From: Sulfurospirillum sp.
GTDB lineage: Bacteria > Campylobacterota > Campylobacteria > Campylobacterales > Sulfurospirillaceae
Length of the DNA: 64,000 nt
Assembly: GCF_036802865.1 (NCBI RefSeq)
Contig: NZ_DAIRVK010000001.1
Span: 667,341 to 731,340 of the forward strand
Direction: 5' to 3'
Positions 10,206 through 19,184 of the stretch are shown here, in pieces. The notes under the pieces were generated by a model. That model made no database searches. It was given only the letters and a program-made list of their open reading frames with translations, and was not told the origin of the DNA. Numbering within the stretch: the stretch's first letter is position 1; each line of letters opens with the position of its first letter. Both the position numbers and the translations under genes were made by a program.

Positions 10206-10305
10206 CTCTATGATATGACTAGATTATAGCGCAGGAAAGCATAAAGTTTGGTTTGGTAAAAGCCGTTTTAAGGTACAATAAAAACACTTATTGTAAAGGA
10301 TAAAT

Positions 10306-10710
10306 ATGGAGATTGAGATTTCAACACCTGCACTTTTATTTCCCGCAGTTTCATTGCTTTTGCTTGCGTATACGAACCGTTTTTTGGCGGTAGCGCAACT
10401 GATAAGAATGCTACACCGTCAGTCGATGGAGCGTGATAATTGTGAAGAGTACAAGCAGATTAGTAATCTTAAATACCGACTAGAACTGACCAAATGGATG
10501 CAATTCTTTGGAGTGCTCTCCATCTTACTCTGCACACTCTCGATGTTCGAGCTTTTTTTAGGGCTATTTGGCATTGGAAAACAGATATTTGGGCTTAGCT
10601 TGATTGCGATGTGTATTTCACTTTTTATCTCACTATGGGAAGTGATGATTTCCACAAAAGCCCTAAATATGGAGCTTAGCGATATGCACGATAAGTGCCA
10701 AATAAAATAA
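10306..10710 (+). CDS. DUF2721-like small membrane protein
   Basis: 134 aa with three predicted TM helices. The N-terminus PALLFPAVSLLLLAYTNRFLAVAQLIRMLH resembles the DUF2721 signature. Confidence 0.65.
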   Translation: MEIEISTPALLFPAVSLLLLAYTNRFLAVAQLIRMLHRQSMERDNCEEYKQISNLKYRLELTKWMQFFGVLSILLCTLSMFELFLGLFGIGKQIFGLSLIAMCISLFISLWEVMISTKALNMELSDMHDKCQIK

Positions 10711-10831
10711 AAAAGCACAAAATGTGCGCGGGCTTTCCGCCTAGGAAAACCCAGTGTTAACGTAGCTTTTAGAGCTTTGCTTTAATTGCGTGTTATAGAA
10801 TTTTAATAAAAATAAACGATAAAGAAATAAA

Positions 10832-11671
10832 ATGAATCAATACTTACTCGTAGGTGAAGTAAATCGCCTCAAAATCAACCGATATACCGATAATGGCGTT
10901 TACCTGATCTGTGATGACCAAGATGAAGTGTTAATGCCCAACCAATACGTGACATTTGCAATGAAAGAGGGCGATGAAATTGACGTTTTTGTCTACTTCG
11001 ATTCAGAAGATCGCATCGTAGCAAGTACAGTTTTTCCTAAAGCGCTGCTCGATCAATTTGGCTGTTTTGAAGTGGTCGATGTTACCCCCTTTGGTGCCTT
11101 TTTAGACTGGGGTTTACCGAAAGACCTTCTCGTGCCTAAAGCACTGCAAAAGTTCCCTTTTTATGTTGGGATGAAAGTCATTGTTCAGGTCAGTTTAGAT
11201 GATGAAACAGGGCGCATTATAGGCACTCAAAAGTACAATGACTTTTTGAAAAAAGATCTGACAGCGCTCAAACTTAAACAAGAAGTTAAGTGTTTGGTGC
11301 GTGAACGAACCCCTCTTGGCTTTAAAGTGATTGTGAACAACCTTTACGATGGGCTTATTTTTCACAATGAGATTTTTGAGAATATCGAAGTGGGTGATGA
11401 AAAAATTGGTTTTATTAAAACGTTACGCAAAGATGGCAAAATTGATGTTATTTTGCAACCCATCGGTGATAAAAGTGATGAAGTCGCCGCAAAGAAAATC
11501 TTAGAAATTTTAAATGCCACAGGTGGGCGATGCGAGATGAATTATAAGAGCACACCAGAGAGCATTTCACAGCGTTTCGGGTTGAGTCGCAAGGCGTATA
11601 AACGGGCGCTTACGAAGTTGATCGATGCTAAGAAAATCAGTGTAACCGATGAAGGTATGATGCTTCTATGA
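10832..11671 (+). CDS. S1-domain RNA-binding protein, CvfB/YitL family
   Basis: 279 aa. Repeated S1-like beta-barrel segments (VGEVNRLKINRYTDNGVYL, FEVVDVTPFGAFLDWG) and a C-terminal winged-helix-like tail match the CvfB architecture. Confidence 0.82.
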   Translation: MNQYLLVGEVNRLKINRYTDNGVYLICDDQDEVLMPNQYVTFAMKEGDEIDVFVYFDSEDRIVASTVFPKALLDQFGCFEVVDVTPFGAFLDWGLPKDLLVPKALQKFPFYVGMKVIVQVSLDDETGRIIGTQKYNDFLKKDLTALKLKQEVKCLVRERTPLGFKVIVNNLYDGLIFHNEIFENIEVGDEKIGFIKTLRKDGKIDVILQPIGDKSDEVAAKKILEILNATGGRCEMNYKSTPESISQRFGLSRKAYKRALTKLIDAKKISVTDEGMMLL

Positions 11672-12882
11672 GTCGTGTCGCCATTGTCGGAGCGGGTGCT
11701 TCTGGGCTTGTGTGTGCCATCGAAGCGGCACGTAAAGGGCATAGTGTCAGTGTGTTTGAAAAGAACAGCAAAGTGGGGCGAAAAATCCTTGCAACGGGCA
11801 ATGGCAGATGCAATATTTCCAATGAAACGATTACCCTTTCTCGCTACCACGGTGAATCTCCTCACTTTGTCAAAGAGCCATTACGTCGGTTTGATACACT
11901 CACATGTAAAAACTATTTTCGTACGTTAGGGCTTGAAATGCGTGAAGGTGAAGAGGGTAGGCTTTACCCGATGAGCCATCAAGCTTCATCCGTGGTTGAT
12001 ATGTTACTCCACGAAGCCCGAAGTTTGGGCGTGAGTTTTTTGATGGAGAGTGCTGTAACAAGCATCGACAAAAAAGGTGTTGAATTTGTCTTGCAGGTGA
12101 AAGAGCAAACGCACACCTTTGATGCATGTGTGATTGCCTCAGGAAGTGTCGCTATGCCAACACTTGGAAGTTCCAACAGTGGTTACGGTTTTGCCAAAGC
12201 ATTAGGGCACAGTGTGATTGAACCTTACCCTTCGTTGGTGCAGTTGGTGAGCGATGAAGTACATCTTAAAGAGGTCAGTGGTGTAAAGATGGACGCGGGC
12301 GTTGAACTGTACATCGACAATCAAAAGCGCCAAAACGTACAGGGCGATCTTCTTTTTACGGTGTATGGACTCTCGGGTTCTGCTATTTTAGATATCAGCC
12401 GTATGGCATCTAAAGCTTTTGTAGAGGGCGACTCTGTACATGTGGTGCTTGATCTTCTGCCAAATCTTAGTAAAGATGCTTTAAGTTCACTGCTTCAAAA
12501 AAGACTCTCCTTTGCCAAAGACAAATCGCTCTCTTTGTGGTTAGAGGGAATCATTCCTAAAAAACTGGCACTTTTTATCATTCAGCGTGAAAAACTCATT
12601 TCCCTCAAAGAGGCATCATCATTGGGTGCCAAAGAGATCAAAAAAATCGTTTTTGCACTCAAAGCCCTACGTATGAATGTTACTGCTACCAAAGGCTTTG
12701 AGAGTGCGGAGGTCTGCGCAGGTGGTGTGGATGTCCGAGAACTGGATGCGAAAAATCTTATGTCGCAAAAGGTTGAAAATCTCTATTTTTGTGGGGAAGT
12801 TTTGGACATTGATGGCGACTGTGGAGGCTTCAACCTCCACTTCGCATGGGCTTCTGGCTATCTTGTTGGGCAAAGCCTTTAA
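11668..12882 (+). CDS. HI0933/BaiN-like NAD(P)/FAD-dependent flavoprotein
   Basis: 404 aa. It has the dinucleotide fold VAIVGAGASGLVCAIEAARKGHSVSVFEK, then GRKILATGNGRCN, and the C-terminal FCGEVLDIDGDCGGFNL typical of this family. Its start overlaps the upstream stop (ATGA). Confidence 0.88.
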   Translation: MSRVAIVGAGASGLVCAIEAARKGHSVSVFEKNSKVGRKILATGNGRCNISNETITLSRYHGESPHFVKEPLRRFDTLTCKNYFRTLGLEMREGEEGRLYPMSHQASSVVDMLLHEARSLGVSFLMESAVTSIDKKGVEFVLQVKEQTHTFDACVIASGSVAMPTLGSSNSGYGFAKALGHSVIEPYPSLVQLVSDEVHLKEVSGVKMDAGVELYIDNQKRQNVQGDLLFTVYGLSGSAILDISRMASKAFVEGDSVHVVLDLLPNLSKDALSSLLQKRLSFAKDKSLSLWLEGIIPKKLALFIIQREKLISLKEASSLGAKEIKKIVFALKALRMNVTATKGFESAEVCAGGVDVRELDAKNLMSQKVENLYFCGEVLDIDGDCGGFNLHFAWASGYLVGQSL

Positions 12883-13077
12883 TTTTTCTTTCTAGATTGT
12901 TAAAGTGACACAGAATATTTCCTTTGGTATACGCATACAAGTATACTTAATGGCATAAAAGTAGCTTCTTTTTTTCTTTATAAATTAAGGCATAGACAAG
13001 TACAATAAAAACTTTAAAATGATAGTTTTATAATCATTAAAGTTAATTATTTTACTTGCTATCTTAAAAGAGGTACT

Positions 13078-14733
13078 TTGCTTACATTGAAATGCGATAG
13101 TTTTAGCAAAATTAAAAATAGTATTCTTACAAGAGTCGTTTTATTTGCATTTGCGATCATCATTATAGGAGGATTTGTACGCTATTACATCTCCTTTCAG
13201 ACTATCCACTCAAATCTTTTTAAGATTGTTTCTCTTCATCAAGAGGCACTTGCTGATGAACTTGCTCAAGATATAACACGTGATTTAGCCATGCGCAAAA
13301 GAGTTTTGACTAAAATAGCTTCTTTACTGCCTCTGCCATTGCTCGAAGATCCAAATGCACTCAAAAAATGGCTTATGGAGCGCCAAGAATTAATCCCAAT
13401 TTCTGTAGATACTTTGTGCGTAATCAATAAAGAGGGGACGTTGATTGGTGGGAGTGGTATTGAAATGATGGAGGGCGAAAAAGCCTATGCTGTTGATGAT
13501 TTTTTCAAGCATGCTTTGACTCAAGAGTTTGTCATTGGAACACCTTTTCTAAGTAAAATTTCAAAAGAGCCTATTCTTCCTCTTTCTGTGCCTATCAAAG
13601 ATAATTTAGGAAATATACGTGCTGTTGTAGTGGAAATGGCAAATTTTTACACCTCAGGTGTTTTTGATCGTATCCTCAATAATCATATTGGTCAAACAGG
13701 TGGTTTTTTGCTCATTGATGCTAAAAATCAAATTTTTATTGCAGCCCCTAAAAAAGAACTGATACTAAAGCCAACACCTAAGCATGGAATAAACCTTTTA
13801 CATGACAAAGCTATAGAAGGTTTTAGAGGCAGTGGGATTACGATAAATACCGAAGGTGTTGAAGAATTATCAGCGATTGCATCCATCCCAAACACAGATT
13901 GGTTTGCTGTTTCTCGTATCCTAACGAGTGAAGCTTTTGCTATGGAAGCCAATATTAAAACAACCCTCATGCAAGCACATGGGGTTAGTCTCATCATTGT
14001 TCCTAGCATACTCTTTGCTTTTTTATTTTTATTTTTTAGGCCATTACGAACATCTGCTTCGTTGGCCAATAAAATGTCTCTGGGGGAAGTTCCTCTCAAC
14101 CCGCTACCCATAAAGAGAATGGATGAAGTTGGGCATTTAACAGCTGCATTTAATCGCCTCATGTCGATGCTCCTTACGAGTCAAAAAGAGCTCAAAGAGA
14201 TAGCACACTATGACTATCTTACAAAGCTTCCCAATCGTTTTTTGATGGTTGATAGATTAGAGCAAGCTTTAGCACGGTGTGCACGAAATAATACACGATT
14301 GGCACTGCTTTTTATGGATTTGGATGGGTTTAAAGCTATCAATGACACTATTGGACATAATGCAGGAGATCAAGCACTGATTGAAGTGGCAAAGCGTTTT
14401 TCAGCTTTGATACGCGAGAGTGATACATTGGCGAGAGTTGGAGGCGATGAGTTTGTGATTTTACTGAGCGATCTTGATATCGATGTATCGTGTGCCACTA
14501 ATGCCGCGACTTTGGTTGCAACAAAGTGTGTTGAAGCATTAACAGAACCGCTGATACTTAAGGGAAATGTAAAATATTTGGGAGTTTCTATCGGTATGGC
14601 GATGGGCAATAAAGAGAGCTTGCTTGATGACTTGATGGTTGAGGCTGATACCAAGATGTATAAAATTAAAAATAGGGCAAACCGAAATTTCAAAGAAGAT
14701 ACAATATCTTCTTTGGACTCCCGAACATTATAA
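13078..14733 (+). CDS. Diguanylate cyclase with a periplasmic Cache-like sensor, a HAMP-like linker and a GGDEF domain
   Basis: 551 aa with a TTG start. Two TM helices flank a ~270-aa sensor. The GGDEF motif is intact (ARVGGDEFVILL), and an RxxD I-site (RESD) lies 5 residues upstream. Confidence 0.9.
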   Translation: MLTLKCDSFSKIKNSILTRVVLFAFAIIIIGGFVRYYISFQTIHSNLFKIVSLHQEALADELAQDITRDLAMRKRVLTKIASLLPLPLLEDPNALKKWLMERQELIPISVDTLCVINKEGTLIGGSGIEMMEGEKAYAVDDFFKHALTQEFVIGTPFLSKISKEPILPLSVPIKDNLGNIRAVVVEMANFYTSGVFDRILNNHIGQTGGFLLIDAKNQIFIAAPKKELILKPTPKHGINLLHDKAIEGFRGSGITINTEGVEELSAIASIPNTDWFAVSRILTSEAFAMEANIKTTLMQAHGVSLIIVPSILFAFLFLFFRPLRTSASLANKMSLGEVPLNPLPIKRMDEVGHLTAAFNRLMSMLLTSQKELKEIAHYDYLTKLPNRFLMVDRLEQALARCARNNTRLALLFMDLDGFKAINDTIGHNAGDQALIEVAKRFSALIRESDTLARVGGDEFVILLSDLDIDVSCATNAATLVATKCVEALTEPLILKGNVKYLGVSIGMAMGNKESLLDDLMVEADTKMYKIKNRANRNFKEDTISSLDSRTL

Positions 14734-14763
14734 GTTACAAAGTTCTTTTTCAGTCTAAAAAAA

Positions 14764-15279
14764 TTACTCTTTATGCGCAGATTGTTGCATAATCATGTAA
14801 ATGACAAAAGCAAAAAATGCGATGGTAATAGTTGTAAAGAGCAATGAAAAGGTTTTTACAACTACATAAGCTACGATTAAAATGGAAAGAAGTGTTGGTA
14901 CTTCATTGTATGCGCGAAAAAACTTACCACTGCGTACACACTCATCATTTTCCAGCTCTACACGAAAATATTCCAATGAAAACGAATAAACGATCATCAG
15001 TGCAACAACAACCAATTTAGCGTAAAGCCATGTACCAGTCTCAAATAAAATTGGGTTCATGATAAGCATGGCAGCACCGCTTAAAAGTGTTGCCCAAAAT
15101 GCGGGAAGACCAATGTATTTGTAGACTTTGTATTCTTGTATTTTGACGACTTCAACAAATTCACTTTTGTGTGCATGTTCAACATGGTAGACAAAAAGAC
15201 GTGGCAGATAAAAAAGCATCGCCATCCACGACATAAACGCCATAACGTGAAAAGCTAAAATCCAACTATAATACTGCAT
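14764..15279 (-). CDS. hemJ: Protoporphyrinogen IX oxidase, HemJ type
   Basis: 171 aa. The N-terminus AFHVMAFMSWMAMLFYLPRLFVYHVEHA matches the conserved HemJ signature (H...W.AGLFYLPRLFVYH), and there are 4-5 TM helices. Confidence 0.85.
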   Translation of the reverse strand: MQYYSWILAFHVMAFMSWMAMLFYLPRLFVYHVEHAHKSEFVEVVKIQEYKVYKYIGLPAFWATLLSGAAMLIMNPILFETGTWLYAKLVVVALMIVYSFSLEYFRVELENDECVRSGKFFRAYNEVPTLLSILIVAYVVVKTFSLLFTTITIAFFAFVIYMIMQQSAHKE

Positions 15280-15341
15280 CTTTCACTCCAACAAAAATAT
15301 GCGTGTATTATAACAAGTCCATGTGGTTTTTTATGGGATTT

Positions 15342-15704
15342 TTAACAGCACTCCATTTCAGCTTTTTCCATGAGTTCAATGCCTTTTTCAAAGTCATACT
15401 CCTCAAAAAGAGCGGAGAGATAAAAAACATGGGAGCAGATGTGGTACAAAATATCCTTAGAATCGTGCTTCGAAAAAATAGCTTTGTAATCTTTAGGTAT
15501 AAGCGTTTCAAACCGAATCCACAAATCATCTTTAGCTTCAGGATGAAGCTCAAAAAGTTCATACATGGCATCAAGCACTTGCGTGGCATTTTCATAGCAA
15601 TCTATGTTGTGAAAACTGACATAACGATCGCGTATCTCTTCCATAAAGGCAGCCTTTTTAAGAGGCTTATGCATGTTGTGTTCCTTGACATTACATATAA
15701 CCAT
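15342..15704 (-). CDS. Hypothetical acidic cytoplasmic protein, upstream of hemJ
   Basis: It is chosen over the antisense ORF 15303..15761 because its amino-acid composition looks normal. The likely real start is Met11 (ATG at 15674), preceded by AAGGAA with a 6-nt spacer. I recognise no family. Confidence 0.5.
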   Translation of the reverse strand: MVICNVKEHNMHKPLKKAAFMEEIRDRYVSFHNIDCYENATQVLDAMYELFELHPEAKDDLWIRFETLIPKDYKAIFSKHDSKDILYHICSHVFYLSALFEEYDFEKGIELMEKAEMECC

Positions 15705-15746
15705 TTTCGTGGAGTTTTAGGCTTGAAAAAATATGAAGTTCTTTTA

Positions 15747-15752
15747 TATAAT
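15747..15752 (+). promoter_or_regulatory. Candidate -10 box (TATAAT) for the RES-domain gene
   Basis: TATAAT lies within cttttaTATAATgttc, in the divergent spacer. Confidence 0.3.
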
Positions 15753-15769
15753 GTTCACTAAATAAATAA

Positions 15770-16666
15770 TTGGTTGGAAAAAAGGGTATATCATTGGAAC
15801 TTTCAGAAGAAATATTGAATCAACTCAGAGGTAAATTACAAAATTTTCAGAAAACCAATTTTGAAGGAAAAACAGTCGAGGACGTTAAGAATGAGCTTCA
15901 TGAGTTCTACAATTCTTATTCCATTGTTATTGCAAATCTTGGTAGATGTCCTGTTTTTAGAGTTAGAAAAATTGAGAATAGTCATGAACATAATACTTTA
16001 AAAGATGTATGGTGCCCTTCTGCTTCCTTTGTAAAAAAACTTGGGCGAGCAAATAATATAGGTGAATCCATGTTCTATGGTGCTCTTGATTACGAAACAG
16101 CGATTAAAGAGGTTGATGTCAAAATTGGTGAGTCTTTTTCTTTGGCTGTGTATAATCTTAAAGAAAAAGAAAATTTTGAACGAAGTAGCGTAGTAATACG
16201 ACCAAGTATTCCTTCTGGATATTATTGTGATTCTATGAGTTTATTTGGTTTAGAATTGAGCGATTTTATCGTTTACCCTGGGGAAGAAACAAAATACATT
16301 AGAAGTTGCGCAATTTCTTCTATTCTATTGAATCTGCCATACAAAGATAGTCTTCTGTACCCATCTGTTAAGAATAATGATTCAGTCAATATTGTAATGA
16401 AAGAACTCGATGCAAAAATTAGATTGAGTTTAAATTTGGTTTTGACGTGCCAATGTATATCTTTAAATAATTATGTCGTGTTTGAAGTAAAACAACCAAC
16501 TACAGATGGGTATCTTCACTTATTGCATAATTTATACAAACAGCCACCTCCGTTGAGAGTGAATGCTCCAAAAATGAGTTTTGAGACAATGTTTAGTGAT
16601 CAAAAGATTCTAAGTTCTGCGCAAGAGATTGAAGACTTACTAAGTTCAGTTTTGGTTAAAAGATAA
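15770..16666 (+). CDS. RES-domain protein (putative NAD-targeting toxin-like enzyme)
   Basis: 298 aa. The conserved R-E-S pattern is visible: VFRVRK, then LGRANNIGESMFYGALDYETAIKEV, then LLYPSVKNNDSVNIVM. The only starts are TTG; TTG at 15794 has AAAGGG 7 nt upstream. Hand counts on sample stretches give ~30% GC, against ~40% for neighbouring genes. Confidence 0.65.
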   Translation: MVGKKGISLELSEEILNQLRGKLQNFQKTNFEGKTVEDVKNELHEFYNSYSIVIANLGRCPVFRVRKIENSHEHNTLKDVWCPSASFVKKLGRANNIGESMFYGALDYETAIKEVDVKIGESFSLAVYNLKEKENFERSSVVIRPSIPSGYYCDSMSLFGLELSDFIVYPGEETKYIRSCAISSILLNLPYKDSLLYPSVKNNDSVNIVMKELDAKIRLSLNLVLTCQCISLNNYVVFEVKQPTTDGYLHLLHNLYKQPPPLRVNAPKMSFETMFSDQKILSSAQEIEDLLSSVLVKR

Positions 16667-16675
16667 AGAATTAAA

Positions 16676-16693
16676 ATGTTTACATGTAAACAT
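16676..16693. repeat. 18-bp perfect palindrome ATGTTTACATGTAAACAT
   Basis: Verified by hand; it occupies most of the 29-nt convergent gap between the RES gene and the GGDEF-EAL gene. Confidence 0.9.
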
Positions 16694-16695
16694 TA

Positions 16696-17949
16696 TTACT
16701 GAACCACTAAACTCTCAAATGGCATAGGTTCACTCCATAAATACCCCTGAAAATAGTCAATGCCGAGTTCTTTACATGTAAGGTAAATATCTTCCGAAGC
16801 GACAAATTCTGCAATGGTTTGCATTCCTACTTTTTGGGCAAAGGTCACGATGGCTTCAACGACGGCTTTATGGGTGGCGTTTTTATTGATGGTTTTAATG
16901 AGTGAGCCGTCGATCTTGATGAAGTCAGCTTGGAGTTTGACCAGATACTCAAAGTTAGAGTAGCCTGTTCCAAAATCATCTATGGCGATCTTAACCCCTT
17001 GGCTTTTCAGCAGTGTTAAAAAAGAGATGACTTCAGGATGATTTTCGATGCCTTCTCCTTCTGTTACTTCGATGGTGAGGCGTTCGCTTACATTGTATTC
17101 GTACATTTTCTCCAGTAAAAAATCAACTCTATTTTGGTCTAAAATATCACTGAGTGAGAGGTTTATGGAAAACTCAGCGTTTTTGTCAGCAAAAAAAGCA
17201 AATGATTTTTGGATGACTATTTTGGTAATGTTGCCATAAAGATTGGCTCGCTTTGCATGTTCTAAAAAAAGATAAGGCGAGATGATGCGACCTTCATGGC
17301 GAAGGCGTACCAAGCACTCAAACTTTGGAATTTTCCCGCCCTCAATGCTTTGGGCAAATACTTCAAAACGATCTTTTTTCAACGCTTCACGAATGGTGTT
17401 TTCCCATGTCAAATCGGCTTTGGCATTGGACTGTGGATTGCATAACGAAGGATTTTTGGCATCGTAGATCATGAGATCTTTTCCGATACGTTTGGCTTGT
17501 TTCATTGCAAATTCAGCATTGAGGAAAAGGTTGTCATAATCTATAGCAACACCTATACGAAGGGGTGTGTAGAGTTTTTCTCCTTCTACTTCAATGGGTG
17601 AGTAGCCAAAGTACCACAGGCACGATTCGATGTTTTGGATGAAGTGTTCATGCGAGACCTCTTTGCCTGAGAGAATGGCAAACTCGTCGCCTCCTAGATG
17701 GAAAACAACGGCATGTGCAAAGCGGCGTTTGAGGCGTTGGGAAATGGTTTTGAGTATTTGGTCGCCTACTTCGTAACCATAAGAGTGGTTGAAGTTCCAA
17801 AAACCATTGACGTTTAAAAGGGCAAGTTTGTTGGCAGTAGCGTTGGAAAGGGTATTGATAAAGCGTTGGCGATCAGGCAGTTCGGTAAGCGGATGAATTC
17901 TTCCATAACGCAGTTCATATTTAAGCTCTTTTCGCATATGCACTTGCAC
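16696..17949 (-). CDS. GGDEF-EAL c-di-GMP turnover protein with no N-terminal sensor domain
   Basis: 417 aa. GGDEF is intact (HLGGDEFAIL) with no RxxD I-site. EAL domain residues are present: ECLVRL, INLS, EVTE, DDFGTGYSNFEYL, KIDGS and QGY. Confidence 0.9.
   Translation of the reverse strand: MQVHMRKELKYELRYGRIHPLTELPDRQRFINTLSNATANKLALLNVNGFWNFNHSYGYEVGDQILKTISQRLKRRFAHAVVFHLGGDEFAILSGKEVSHEHFIQNIESCLWYFGYSPIEVEGEKLYTPLRIGVAIDYDNLFLNAEFAMKQAKRIGKDLMIYDAKNPSLCNPQSNAKADLTWENTIREALKKDRFEVFAQSIEGGKIPKFECLVRLRHEGRIISPYLFLEHAKRANLYGNITKIVIQKSFAFFADKNAEFSINLSLSDILDQNRVDFLLEKMYEYNVSERLTIEVTEGEGIENHPEVISFLTLLKSQGVKIAIDDFGTGYSNFEYLVKLQADFIKIDGSLIKTINKNATHKAVVEAIVTFAQKVGMQTIAEFVASEDIYLTCKELGIDYFQGYLWSEPMPFESLVVQ
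16771..16782. repeat. Copy of the palindrome inside coding sequence (TTTACATGTAAg)
   Basis: Read directly; on the minus strand it encodes L-T-C-K of the EAL domain. Confidence 0.7.
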
Positions 17950-18145
17950 CTTTGTGTTATTTGAGTGATAGTTTAAATGATGTGCTTATTGTACTATGGC
18001 ATTATTTAAAAAATCATCTACGGCATTTGTCTGTAAAAGAATAGAGATGTCAAAAAGCTCTTTAGTGAGAGTACCATAATCGGATGTTGGCGATGAGGTG
18101 TACTTCTTCCTCCTCACCAACGTCCTAAATGATGTGTCTAGTGTG

Positions 18146-19180
18146 TTAGAAAGCCCTTAAATACGAAGGTTCGATGAAGGCTTGTTTACCTTCTTCTTTT
18201 GCGGTGTAAAAGACAAAGTTAGGATTTCGGAGCAGTTCCCTGCCATACGCTACCAAATCGCAGAAGCCTCCTTGCAAAAGCTTTTCGCCTTCCTCTGCCG
18301 TGGTAATAAGTCCTACGGCAATGGTTGGGATGCTTACGCTTTCACGAATCACTTTGGCGTATGCTGCTTGGTAAAGAGGGACGAGGGCTGGCATTTTTTG
18401 GTCTTTGTTATTTCCACCTGCTGAGACGTGGATCATTGCAACACCAATGCTTTGAAGCTTTTGAGAGAGGTAAATGCTCTCTTCAACACCCCAGCCATTT
18501 TCCATCCATTCATCCGCACTGATACGTACAAAAAGAGGTACATTTTGGGTTGCATCTAAAATGGCCTCTGCTACTTCGAGGACGAAAGCACAACGGTTTT
18601 CTAAACTGCCACCGTATTGGTCGCTTCGTTGATTTGAAAGAGGCGATAAAAATTCACACAACAAATAGCCATGTGCCGCATGAAGCTCAAGAAATTCATA
18701 GCCTGCGTACGTTGCACGAAGGGCAGCTTGAACAAAGTGCTGTTTCACCGTTTGCATCTCTTGGAGGCTTAGTTCATGGGGAAGTTTATAGCCTTGTGTG
18801 TCGCTAAATGCCAGTGGGCTTGGTGCGACAGGTGTTGAAGAAACACACAAACTTTTACGACCCGCATGAGCGAGCTGTACGCCCATCTTTGCCCCATACG
18901 TTTGGCACAGATGAATGAGCTGCTGATGTCCTGAGACTTGATCGTCGTCCCACAGACCAAGGTCGTTATCGCTGATTCTGCCACGAGCCTCTACCGCTGT
19001 TGCTTCAACGATAATAAGCCCCACGCCACCCAATGCGCGAGCTGTATAATGGACAAAGTGAAACGGGGTTACTTTGCCATCGCTTTGCGCTTTGTACATA
19101 CACATCGGTGGCATCACCACTCTGTTTTTAAGAAAAATTCCATTTTCTTCATAAGGGCTTAGCAGTAGGCTCATGGTCAT
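18146..19180 (-). CDS. namA: NADPH dehydrogenase / NADH:flavin oxidoreductase, Old Yellow Enzyme (YqjM/NamA type)
   Basis: 344 aa. It contains LKNRVVMPPMCMY, GLIIVEATAV, LHAAHGYLL.EFLSP..N.R.D.YGGS and a C-terminal GR motif, all typical of the YqjM subclass. Confidence 0.9.
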   Translation of the reverse strand: MTMSLLLSPYEENGIFLKNRVVMPPMCMYKAQSDGKVTPFHFVHYTARALGGVGLIIVEATAVEARGRISDNDLGLWDDDQVSGHQQLIHLCQTYGAKMGVQLAHAGRKSLCVSSTPVAPSPLAFSDTQGYKLPHELSLQEMQTVKQHFVQAALRATYAGYEFLELHAAHGYLLCEFLSPLSNQRSDQYGGSLENRCAFVLEVAEAILDATQNVPLFVRISADEWMENGWGVEESIYLSQKLQSIGVAMIHVSAGGNNKDQKMPALVPLYQAAYAKVIRESVSIPTIAVGLITTAEEGEKLLQGGFCDLVAYGRELLRNPNFVFYTAKEEGKQAFIEPSYLRAF

Positions 19181-19184
19181 TCCT

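Noticed and set aside
10273-10285. 13-mer GTACAATAAAAAC repeated at 13000-13012, plus the inverted repeat TACAATAA-N6-TTATTGTA at 10274-10295
   Set aside because: Both copies sit 27-72 nt upstream of start codons and contain a TACAAT -10-like hexamer followed by an A-run. They are most simply ordinary promoter elements rather than a repeat family.
15303-15761. 152-aa plus-strand ORF (and the 95-aa ORF 15308..15595) overlapping the 120-aa minus-strand ORF
   Set aside because: It is rich in Phe, Lys and Ile with a GTG start and no RBS, the typical antisense shadow of an acidic protein. The minus-strand ORF has normal composition, an RBS before Met11, and the same orientation as hemJ.
18093-18125. 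Imperfect inverted repeat GTTGGCGATGAGG...CCTCCTCACCAAC downstream of namA
   Set aside because: The stem has two mismatches and there is no T-tract on the relevant (minus) strand. Support is too weak to call a terminator.
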